Made by a program: the position numbers and the translations under genes
Shown: positions 27,856 to 35,718 of the stretch, in pieces
Layout: every line of letters begins with the position of its first letter
Position numbering within the stretch: position 1 is the stretch's first letter
Notes under the pieces: generated by a model
What the model saw: the letters and a program-made list of their open reading frames with translations, nothing else
What the model was told of the DNA's origin: nothing
Databases searched by the model: none
Source: Haliscomenobacter sp.
Lineage (GTDB): Bacteria; Bacteroidota; Bacteroidia; Chitinophagales; Saprospiraceae
DNA: 64,000 nt
Assembly (NCBI RefSeq): GCF_965225875.1
Contig: NZ_CBDDBS010000003.1
Span: 2,320,701-2,384,700, forward strand
Reading direction: 5' to 3'

Positions 27856-28401
27856 TCAGGCCAACTGCGGCGGTGGAGTAAGAATGGAAAGGTCAGACAA
27901 ATCAACTAAGTCTTTGAAAATAAGCGGTTGAGCAGTTTTTGTGCAATGATCAAAAAGTGGGTTAATGTCCAGGATAAGGTGTTCTTCAAAGCAAAAGTCG
28001 GAGAAAAAACGCTCCGTCAAAGTTTTAGGTGCTGAACGATCTTCCTGGTTTTGTGGCTGGTCAACCTTGTATTCGTGGCGAAGGCCATGTGGAGATTTGG
28101 CGTCAACGGTGTAGTATTGGGTTTCCCCGTCGGTTTCTTCCGAGAAGAGGAAGGGAGCACCATAACCCATCCCCTGAACGACCTTGAGGTCTTTTTTGTC
28201 TTGGATTTTAACATTGGCGGTTACCCCAATTTCGGCTTTAAGCTTCTGGGCAATCGCGGTTTCTTTGGCGTTCATCAGGTGTTCAATCCGGGCAGTGTAG
28301 ACCACATTGATAAACACCCGCCCCCCTATCCACTGCACCACGATGAGCAGGATAAGCAGCCAAGCGCCAATTGATCTTAGGGATTGCCTGAACTTGTTCA
28401 A
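27856..28401 (-). CDS. Hypothetical protein with an N-terminal TM segment and a C-terminal PPP motif
   Basis: 181-aa ORF co-oriented with the barrel/PAP2 operon, ending LSILTPPPQLA. Confidence 0.65.
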   Translation of the reverse strand: MNKFRQSLRSIGAWLLILLIVVQWIGGRVFINVVYTARIEHLMNAKETAIAQKLKAEIGVTANVKIQDKKDLKVVQGMGYGAPFLFSEETDGETQYYTVDAKSPHGLRHEYKVDQPQNQEDRSAPKTLTERFFSDFCFEEHLILDINPLFDHCTKTAQPLIFKDLVDLSDLSILTPPPQLA

Positions 28402-28548
28402 TGCACCTTGTTTTGATGATTACAAGTAAGAACAGCATTTGCCATTCTGGTGCAAGAACGGAATTATCTAAAAAAAAGCAAAACAATGGCCATATTTATT
28501 TTGGTAGCACTAAAAAAGGCGGGTAGATTTTAGAGAATTAACAATGCG

Positions 28549-28833
28549 TCAAAAGCCAAACGCATCGATTAAACCTTTCATGACACAAAGAGCGCCAAGG
28601 GTAGTTAACACATACATCGGTACAATAAATGAACGGTCATCAGATTGAAAAAGCAAAAATTGAATCATAAAACTCAGGCCCATAATCCCTACGCCGACGG
28701 CCATCCAAGTCAGGCCCCGTTGGAAGAGGCGGAGGTTTTTTTCTTTGCTTAGTGCATCCAATTCTGGTGGACTCGAATCCATGGAGCCATCATTGGGCCC
28801 GTAGTTTTGATCTTGAGGTGTCATTGGTTCCAT
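28549..28833 (-). CDS. Small hypothetical membrane protein (2 TM)
   Basis: 94 aa with two hydrophobic segments; occupies an otherwise empty gap. Confidence 0.6.
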   Translation of the reverse strand: MEPMTPQDQNYGPNDGSMDSSPPELDALSKEKNLRLFQRGLTWMAVGVGIMGLSFMIQFLLFQSDDRSFIVPMYVLTTLGALCVMKGLIDAFGF

Positions 28834-28939
28834 TTTCTACCTATTTAGATTGTTTTAATAAAAGCAAGATAATCAAAATTTAAATTGGAAATTGAAATAA
28901 ATGCAATAAACTAAATGGCTATTGTGCCTAATTCTACTT

Positions 28940-30049
28940 TCATCGTTCAATACCTTCCACCTTCCCACCTTCTACAAAAAACCGCCGATAATCTACCCCA
29001 AACTGCTCCACAATCTCCGCAATCCTCGTCTCATGCGTATCCGTGATAAAAATCTGCCCAAACTGCCCTTCGGTGAGCAGGCGGATCAGGTGGGTGACCC
29101 GCTGGGCATCCAGTTTGTCAAACAAGTCATCAAGGAGTAAAATTGGCGATACGCCCTTGTTTTGGCGCAACATCTCGTATTGCGCCAACTTAAGCGCCAG
29201 CAAAAAGGATTTTAACTGCCCTTGCGAGCCGTATTTTTTCAGTGGATGCTCACCCAGGCTAAAAACCAGGTCATCGCGGTGTACCCCCTTGGTGGTGCGT
29301 TGCAGGGCCAGGTCCTTTTGCCGACTTTGTTTCAAGAGGTCTTCCAGGTCGTTTTCCAGGAGTTGTGACTCGTAAGTCAATTGCACAGCCTCCTTCCGGC
29401 CGGTGATGTATTGGTGGGTCGATTGAAAAATGGCGGTAAATTTTTGCGTAAACACTGCCCTTTGTTCCAAAACGTACAAAGCCGGGTCAATCAACTGCTC
29501 ATCGTACACATCCAACAAGCTCATGCTCCCGCCGCTGCGTTCGGCCAGGCTTTTCAGCAGGGCGTTGCGTTGCTGCAACACCTTATTATAAGTAATCAGT
29601 TCGTACAAATAACGCTGATCAAGTTGGGAGAGGGTATTGTCCAAAAAACGCCGCCGCTCTTCACTGCCTTCGCGGATGAGTTGAATATCGTCAGGGCCGA
29701 TAAAAACCACGGGCAGGAGGCCGATGTGTTCAGCCAGTTTGGAATAAGCCACATCATTGCGTTCGAGTTCCTTGAGTTTGCGTGGCATCACCTTGGCCAC
29801 GATTTTTTCTTTTTTTTCCTGCAAAATAAAATGGCCTTCCAGGCGGAAGAAATTTTCATCGTGCCGGGCGATGGCATTGTCGGCCAGGTTGAAGTGGCTT
29901 TTGGCCATACACAAATAATAAATGGCGTCGAGCAAGTTGGTTTTGCCCATACCATTGTTGCCCACCAGGCAATTCAAGCGGGTGGAAAAGTCAAGCTTTT
30001 GATTTTCGTAATTTTTAAAATTCGCTAAAGCAATGCGTTCGAGGTACAT
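28940..30049 (-). CDS. recF: DNA replication and repair protein RecF
   Basis: Walker A GNNGMGKTN, EERRRFLD, GSQGQ, LLLDD. Confidence 0.95.
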   Translation of the reverse strand: MYLERIALANFKNYENQKLDFSTRLNCLVGNNGMGKTNLLDAIYYLCMAKSHFNLADNAIARHDENFFRLEGHFILQEKKEKIVAKVMPRKLKELERNDVAYSKLAEHIGLLPVVFIGPDDIQLIREGSEERRRFLDNTLSQLDQRYLYELITYNKVLQQRNALLKSLAERSGGSMSLLDVYDEQLIDPALYVLEQRAVFTQKFTAIFQSTHQYITGRKEAVQLTYESQLLENDLEDLLKQSRQKDLALQRTTKGVHRDDLVFSLGEHPLKKYGSQGQLKSFLLALKLAQYEMLRQNKGVSPILLLDDLFDKLDAQRVTHLIRLLTEGQFGQIFITDTHETRIAEIVEQFGVDYRRFFVEGGKVEGIER

Positions 30050-30062
30050 GAAGCGTCAATTG

Positions 30063-30139
30063 AGCAATCAGCTATGAGCTATCAGCAATCAGCATTCAGA
30101 GATCGCCTGGAAGCTGATTGCTGAATGCTGATTGCTGAT
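30063..30139. repeat. Palindromic element G: AGC(A/T)AT(C/G) heptamer arms
   Basis: Five heptamers face four inverted ones, with a perfect 19-bp inverted repeat (30081-30099 / 30121-30139). It starts 14 bp upstream of the recF start codon. Confidence 0.88.
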
Positions 30140-30207
30140 CAACAAAATAGCTTTTCGGGCGTTGAAGGTAAAAATAAAAATCTGCCAGACACTTTTGTCG
30201 GAAGATA

Positions 30208-30215
30208 TATATTTG
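30208..30215 (+). promoter_or_regulatory. -7 promoter element, probably for pdhA
   Basis: TATATTTG in the recF/pdhA divergent region. Confidence 0.5.
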
Positions 30216-30329
30216 CCTTATCTTTAGCTCGACTATTCAACAAACATAGCGAAATTTCGCTAAGAGTAAGTTTAAAAGGCAGGTTTTGAGCATGTCTAAT
30301 TTTAAACCACTCCTAAACATACAGTGCAC

Positions 30330-31367
30330 ATGGGTTCGGTTGTAGAAAAGAAAGCATCAGCCAAAAAAAGCAGCAACAAGATCACTTACAGCAAAGAGCA
30401 GTACCTCTATTGGTATGAATTGATGCTGCGCATCCGCCGTTTTGAAGAACGTGCGCTGATGATGTATGGACAGCAAAAGATTCGCGGTTTCTGTCACGTT
30501 TACATTGGTCAGGAGGCCGTAGCTGCGGGTATTGAGTCGGCGATCACCAAACAGGATGGCATCGTAACAGCCTATCGCCAGCACGGGATTGCGTTGGCCA
30601 GAGGGGTAAGCTCTCGGCAGGCTATGGCCGAGTTGTACGGCAAAGCAACGGGTATCGTGAAAGGTAAAGGTGGTTCTATGCACTTTTTCGATGCTGGCAA
30701 TAAGTATTTTGGTGGAAATGGTATCGTTGGTGCTCAAATTCCAATCGGAACGGGCATCGGTTTTGCTGAAAAATACAAAGGCACCAAAAATTTCTGCGTG
30801 ACCATGTTCGGCGACGGAGCTTCCCGCCAGGGAGCCCTGTACGAGTCTTTCAACATGGCCATGACCTGGAAGTTGCCCGTTTTGTACATCGTGGAAAACA
30901 ACGGTTACGCCATGGGTACATCCGTTGAGCGTACTTCCAATGTAGAAGAACTGTGGAAGATTGGTTTGAGCTTTGAAATGCCCAGCGAATCGGTGGATGG
31001 CATGAGCCCAGAATCGGTACACGAAGCCATCTCACGCGCGGCTGAGCACATACGTGCAGGAAATGGTCCCTACTTCCTGGAAATCCGTACTTACCGCTAC
31101 AAAGGTCACTCGGTATCCGACCCTGCCAAGTACCGCACCAAAGAAGAGGTACAAGCTTACCAGGATCGTGACCCCATCAAGGTGACTGAAGAAAAAATCC
31201 TGAGCGAAAAAATTGCTACGGAAGCAGAGATTCAAGCCATTAAGGACAAAATCAAGGCAGAGATCGAGGATTGTGTACAATTCGCTGAAAACTCACCTTA
31301 TCCAGACGCTTCGGAGCTTTATACCGACAACTACACAGAATCTGACTACCCTTACATCAATTATTAA
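30330..31367 (+). CDS. pdhA: Pyruvate dehydrogenase E1 alpha subunit
   Basis: GFCHVYIGQEA, GKGGSMH, TPP motif GDGA...ENN, TYRYKGHS. Confidence 0.95.
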   Translation: MGSVVEKKASAKKSSNKITYSKEQYLYWYELMLRIRRFEERALMMYGQQKIRGFCHVYIGQEAVAAGIESAITKQDGIVTAYRQHGIALARGVSSRQAMAELYGKATGIVKGKGGSMHFFDAGNKYFGGNGIVGAQIPIGTGIGFAEKYKGTKNFCVTMFGDGASRQGALYESFNMAMTWKLPVLYIVENNGYAMGTSVERTSNVEELWKIGLSFEMPSESVDGMSPESVHEAISRAAEHIRAGNGPYFLEIRTYRYKGHSVSDPAKYRTKEEVQAYQDRDPIKVTEEKILSEKIATEAEIQAIKDKIKAEIEDCVQFAENSPYPDASELYTDNYTESDYPYINY

Positions 31368-31402
31368 ACCAGCGCTAAGGGCTCAAATTCAAAATAATAG
31401 AC

Positions 31403-31442
31403 AAATACGGCGACAGCTAAAAAGCTACCGCCGTATTTTTTT
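31403..31442 (+). terminator. Intrinsic terminator after pdhA
   Basis: AAATACGGCG / CGCCGTATTT stem followed by a T-run. Confidence 0.75.
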
Positions 31443-31554
31443 GTCTTAAATAGGGGGGGAAACAAAACTTTATTTATTTTTGCGTTCCTAATTGGCAAAT
31501 CACACATCAGTTGTGACCTGCCAATTAAATATAACTAGCTAACAAAGACAGAAA

Positions 31555-32274
31555 ATGGCAAAAGGAAGACAGGTGCGCAGGGGTGCTGCTCCTAAGGCTG
31601 CGAATCGGCCAGAAGATGAAGTTTTGGTGGATATTGTAGAGGTTCGCGATCGCGCACAGGACACGTTGAATCGTTTTCGTAAACCTTTGATGATTGCAGG
31701 TGCTGCTGTAGCAGTGCTCATAATAGGTTTGATCGCTTGGAAATTGTATGTAGGCTCTCAGCAAAAAGAAGCTGTTGAGCAAATGCGCCAGGCCGAACGT
31801 TTGTTCGAACGCGATTCGTTCGCTACTGCAATGTTGAAAACCCTGCCTGGTGGCTTCAAAGGGTTCCCTCAAATCATTGAAGATTATCCAGGTACACCCG
31901 CAGCAAATCTGGCCAACTATTACGCCGGCGTTTGTTTGTTGAACCTGGGCAAATACGACGCTGCCATCAGCTACCTCAAGGACTTTAGCCCTAAAGGCAG
32001 TGTAATGCCCATCATGAAAAATGGTGCCTTGGGCGATGCTTATTCTGAAATCAAGGATTTCGCCAGTGCCAAAAGCTACTACAAAAAAGCAGTAAGTGGT
32101 AAGGCCAACGAACTCCTGACTCCATTTTACCTCAAGCGTTTGGCCATGCTGGCGCAAAAAGAAAATGACATCGCAGCTGCCCGCGAATACTACCAAGAGT
32201 TGAAAGATGAATATCCAAGTGCCCCTGAAGGCCAGGATGCTGAAAAATATTTGATCTTCTTGGAAGGAAAATAA
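31555..32274 (+). CDS. Membrane-anchored tetratricopeptide repeat protein (YfgM-like)
   Basis: Single TM followed by TPR helices (ANLANYYAGVCLLNLG, GALGDAYSE). TATTTTTG box at 31475-31482. Confidence 0.82.
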   Translation: MAKGRQVRRGAAPKAANRPEDEVLVDIVEVRDRAQDTLNRFRKPLMIAGAAVAVLIIGLIAWKLYVGSQQKEAVEQMRQAERLFERDSFATAMLKTLPGGFKGFPQIIEDYPGTPAANLANYYAGVCLLNLGKYDAAISYLKDFSPKGSVMPIMKNGALGDAYSEIKDFASAKSYYKKAVSGKANELLTPFYLKRLAMLAQKENDIAAAREYYQELKDEYPSAPEGQDAEKYLIFLEGK

Positions 32275-32300
32275 TCTTTTCCAAGGGTCACTTTGTTTGG

Positions 32301-32341
32301 AAAAAGGTAAGAAGGCATTGGTGGCTTTCTTACCTTTTTTT
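32301..32341 (+). terminator. Intrinsic terminator after the TPR gene
   Basis: AAAAAGGTAAGAAGG / CTTTCTTACCTTTTT stem plus T-run. Confidence 0.7.
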
Positions 32342-32349
32342 GTTAAGAT

Positions 32350-32459
32350 GTTGAGGAGGTTGAGAAGTTGAGAAGTTGAGGCTACCGCAAACGGTCGCTG
32401 AGCGAAGTCGAAGTGTCGCTCGCGGCAGCCTCAACTTCTCAACTTCTCAACTTTTCAAC
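32350..32459. repeat. Palindromic element B: AGTTGAG(A/G) octamer arms, GCTACCGC...GCGGCAGC core, nested GTCGCTGAGCGAAGTCGAAG motif
   Basis: Octamer runs flank the 8-bp core halves at 32381-32388 and 32422-32429, with a 33-nt spacer. Confidence 0.9.
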
Positions 32460-32474
32460 CCAAAACCACAATAC

Positions 32475-32993
32475 ATGGCTAGCGCCCTCAAAAATCTTTC
32501 CCACTACGACGAAGATTCCCTGCCATCTGCTGCTGACTTGCGCTTTGGTATCGCAGTAGCCGATTGGAATGCCAAAATTACCCATGCTTTGTACCAGGGC
32601 TGCCTCGATACTTTGCTCAAACATGGAGCCAAGGAAGAAAACATCCATATGGTACAAGTGCCCGGTTCCTTTGAATTGCCTTCCGCGGCCCGTTTGTTGG
32701 CTGGTGCCCACAAACTGGATGCCATTGTGGCCATTGGTTGTGTCATCAAAGGAGAAACCAACCACAACGAGTACATCAACAACAGTGTGGCAATGGGCTT
32801 GACCAACTTGAGCATTGCCACCAATATTCCCTGTATTTTCGGTGTACTTACCCCCAACGACGAGCAACAGGCCCTTGACCGGGCTGGTGGCATACATGGC
32901 AATAAAGGTGTGGAAGCGGGTGCCACCGCCATCCGCATGGCCGCCCTTAAAAAGCAACTGCAACAAGGAGAAAAAAGTAAAATTGGGTTTTAA
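32475..32993 (+). CDS. ribH: 6,7-dimethyl-8-ribityllumazine synthase
   Basis: VPGSFELP, GCVIKGETNH, CIFGVLT, GNKGVEAG. ATG 32475; the track start lies inside repeat B. Confidence 0.95.
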   Translation: MASALKNLSHYDEDSLPSAADLRFGIAVADWNAKITHALYQGCLDTLLKHGAKEENIHMVQVPGSFELPSAARLLAGAHKLDAIVAIGCVIKGETNHNEYINNSVAMGLTNLSIATNIPCIFGVLTPNDEQQALDRAGGIHGNKGVEAGATAIRMAALKKQLQQGEKSKIGF

Positions 32994-32999
32994 ATTACA

Positions 33000-33027
33000 G
33001 TAGAGACGGGATGCGTCGCGTCTCTAC
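33000..33027. repeat. GTAG-type REP-like palindrome
   Basis: GTAGAGACG-GGATGCGTCG-CGTCTCTAC between ribH and ribB. Confidence 0.75.
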
Positions 33028-33044
33028 CGACCATTATATACAAC

Positions 33045-34190
33045 ATGGAAGCTCAGACCATTGAAACCAACATTCAACTCCATACCGTAGAAGAAGCCAT
33101 CGAAGCCATTCGCAAAGGTGAAGTCATCATCGTAGTAGATGATGAAGACCGCGAAAACGAAGGCGATTTCATCTGCGCTGCAGAGACTGTAACCCCCGAA
33201 ATCATCAACTTCATGGCCACTCACGGCCGGGGCTTGATTTGTACCCCGCTGGACGAGCGCCGTGCAGATGAGCTTGACCTCCCAATGATGGTCTCCTCCA
33301 ATACTGCGCTGCACGAAACGGCCTTTACGGTGTCCATCGACCTGATTGGCCACGGCTGCACCACCGGGATTTCTGCCTACGACCGGGCTACGGGTATTCG
33401 TGCTCTGGTGGACCCGAATACCAAAGCTAAGGATTACGCCCGTCCAGGACACATTTTCCCGCTTAGAGCCAAACAAGGCGGGGTGTTGCGCCGTACCGGG
33501 CATACCGAAGCAGCGATCGATCTGGCTCGCATGGCCGGCCTGTACCCGGCAGGCGTATTGGTAGAAGTGTTAAACGAAGATGGGACGATGGCTCGTTTGC
33601 CTGATTTGTATAAAATTGCCCAGCGCTTTGGCCTCAAAATCATTTCCATCGATGATTTGGTTGCTTACCGCATGCAAACCGAACGTTTGGTCAAACGGGT
33701 CACCTCGGTACAATTGCCAACCCGATTCGGAGAATTTGAAGTGATTGCTTATGAACAAATCCCTGGCGGGGACGTCCATTTGGCCTTCAAATATGGTGAA
33801 TGGAATGAAGATGAATCTATCCTAGTACGCGTCCATTCCTCTTCTGAAGCTGGCGACATCATTGGTAACTTGTTTGAAGAACAGGGGCTTCATCACCACC
33901 AGGCCATTCAAGCTATTCAAAAGGAAGGTAAAGGAGTGGTACTGTTTATGCGGCAATCAGAAAAGGGAGATGCAGCTTTGTTGGCTGCTTTGCAACAGTT
34001 ACAACAACAACGCGAGCAAGGTAAGGAAATGAAAATCCGCAACGAAATGACCCAACGCGATTTTGGCGTCGGCGCCCAAATCCTGCGCGACCTTGGCATT
34101 TGTAAATTGCGTTTGTTGACCAATCATCCCCGCCGCAGGGTAGGTCTGATTGGATATGGGTTGGAAATTGTGGAGAATGTGCCGTTTTGA
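33045..34190 (+). CDS. ribB: 3,4-dihydroxy-2-butanone-4-phosphate synthase fused to a degenerate GTP cyclohydrolase II domain (RibBX-type)
   Basis: [18 protein letters not shown] and GHTEAA are intact. The GCH II region reads [11 protein letters not shown] and lacks the Zn-binding cysteines. Confidence 0.92.
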   Translation: MEAQTIETNIQLHTVEEAIEAIRKGEVIIVVDDEDRENEGDFICAAETVTPEIINFMATHGRGLICTPLDERRADELDLPMMVSSNTALHETAFTVSIDLIGHGCTTGISAYDRATGIRALVDPNTKAKDYARPGHIFPLRAKQGGVLRRTGHTEAAIDLARMAGLYPAGVLVEVLNEDGTMARLPDLYKIAQRFGLKIISIDDLVAYRMQTERLVKRVTSVQLPTRFGEFEVIAYEQIPGGDVHLAFKYGEWNEDESILVRVHSSSEAGDIIGNLFEEQGLHHHQAIQAIQKEGKGVVLFMRQSEKGDAALLAALQQLQQQREQGKEMKIRNEMTQRDFGVGAQILRDLGICKLRLLTNHPRRRVGLIGYGLEIVENVPF

Positions 34191-34223
34191 GCTTAGGGAA
34201 AGTTGGAGGAGGAGATGAATAAT

Positions 34224-34258
34224 ACAACTTTGTGTCCACAAAAACGGCACAAAGTTGT
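34224..34258. terminator. Hairpin between convergent ribB and hlyD (possible bidirectional terminator / REP-like)
   Basis: Perfect 11-bp stem ACAACTTTGTG / CACAAAGTTGT. Confidence 0.55.
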
Positions 34259-34286
34259 GTCTCTTTTATTAGAGAATCACTGGGAA

Positions 34287-35588
34287 TCAATAGCTCCGAT
34301 AGCCCCGGATGCCCGAAAAAATTCGTTCAATAAACCGGCGCTCCTCGGTAATGATGCGACCTTTCCCATACAATTCCTCATCACTGGGCACCAGCTTCCC
34401 GGCCGTAGTTACCATTTTATTGGGGAAAATTACCTCAACGGCCACTTCCGATTTTTCGCCATCGTCACGGGGGGATAAGGCTTTCCAGGCTACTATCCCC
34501 TCCAGGACACCAAACTCCTGAAAGTCCAGGCTTTCCAAACGGACCACTACTTTTTGATTGAGTTTAACCCGGCCTGAGCGATTGAAAGGAATGAACATTT
34601 TGCCGATTATCTCTTTATTTTTGTTGGGAATGACCACCATCAATTGTTCATCTTTGTACACAAAGCTGTTCTCCGCTACATTTCTACCCACAATTTGAAC
34701 CATGCCGCTGCGTGGAGATTCAATGAGGTGGCGCTGCTTCCAGGTGTTCACACCTTCCCGCAAGTGGTTGAACGACTCTCTTAGCACATCTGAAGCAAAA
34801 TTGGTTTCATTGTCGGCACCACTTTCCAGGCTGCGCACCTTGATTCGTAATGCAGAAAGCTCTGATTCCCGATCGCGGATTTCGGTTTCGGTACGAATCA
34901 ATTCCTTGTTGAATTCCATAATCCGGCTCTGTACCCGATTGACATCATCCTGGGAAGCTTGATTCACCGAGACGAGGTGTTCCTTGTTTTTTCGTTCTTG
35001 TTCGGCTACGGCTATCTGCTCCTGAATCTGCCTGCGCATTTCTTTTTGGTAGTCGAGACTCCGATCCAGGCGACTAATTCTGCTCTGGGAAGAGCGCAAG
35101 TCAGAACTGGAAAGGTCTTTGTACAGCTCAGAGTTGTACTTGAGTTGTACGTCCTGGAAGTCAAATAAATCCGCTTGCAATTCCCCCAGTACCAGATTAC
35201 TGGGGACCTTGAACTTCAACAAGTCTTCATCCCGCAAACTGTGTAGTGCAGTGATGTAGTCATCAAGCGTCAATACATGGCGGAAATTAGCGGTGCTGCG
35301 AAAGGCAATCAGGGCTTGTCCCGAATCCACCTGGCTATTGTTTTTCACCACCACTTCTTCAATTCGATTGGCGTTGGGGGCAGTGATGCGCACGGGTGGA
35401 TCTTTGGAAACCAAACGTATATCCGCCTCTACTATATCAGGGTATTTTACCAAAAAAGACAGCCACATCAAAACGACAAACAGGGCCAAGGCGGTCAAGC
35501 TACCCCAACGCACCATCCAGGAGGGCGGTGTCCCCAGAATTTCCTGTACTTCCTCGCTGCGGATTTCAATGTCTTCTAATTCTTTCAT
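34287..35588 (-). CDS. HlyD family secretion adaptor
   Basis: RSEEVQEILGTPPSW N-terminus, one TM, long coiled coil, IESPRSG, GRIITEERRFIERIF. Confidence 0.9.
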   Translation of the reverse strand: MKELEDIEIRSEEVQEILGTPPSWMVRWGSLTALALFVVLMWLSFLVKYPDIVEADIRLVSKDPPVRITAPNANRIEEVVVKNNSQVDSGQALIAFRSTANFRHVLTLDDYITALHSLRDEDLLKFKVPSNLVLGELQADLFDFQDVQLKYNSELYKDLSSSDLRSSQSRISRLDRSLDYQKEMRRQIQEQIAVAEQERKNKEHLVSVNQASQDDVNRVQSRIMEFNKELIRTETEIRDRESELSALRIKVRSLESGADNETNFASDVLRESFNHLREGVNTWKQRHLIESPRSGMVQIVGRNVAENSFVYKDEQLMVVIPNKNKEIIGKMFIPFNRSGRVKLNQKVVVRLESLDFQEFGVLEGIVAWKALSPRDDGEKSEVAVEVIFPNKMVTTAGKLVPSDEELYGKGRIITEERRFIERIFSGIRGYRSY

Positions 35589-35594
35589 TTTATT

Positions 35595-35715
35595 GGTTTA
35601 GGAGGTTGAGGAAGGTTGAGGAAGGTTGAGGCTGCCGCGAGCTATTTTGAAAATGTCTTTGTCAAAATCGCTGGCGGCAGCCTCAACCTCCCTAAACCAT
35701 CTCAACCTTCTCAAC
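35595..35715. repeat. Palindromic element C: GGTTGAGGAA 9-10-mer arms, GCTGCCGC...GCGGCAGC core, inner TTTGAAAA/TTGTCAAA hairpin
   Basis: Core halves at 35631-35638 and 35674-35681 with a 35-nt spacer. Fills the gap between the ABC transporter and hlyD. Confidence 0.88.
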
Positions 35716-35718
35716 TAA

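Noticed and set aside
32376-32474. N-terminal extension of RibH (MRLPQTVAERSRS...)
   Set aside because: It is a translation of repeat B; lumazine synthase similarity begins after ATG 32475.
259-35715. CRISPR array interpretation of the repeat elements
   Set aside because: Units are 7-21 nt, directly tandem and inverted about a centre. There are no unique 30-40 nt spacers and no cas genes in the window.
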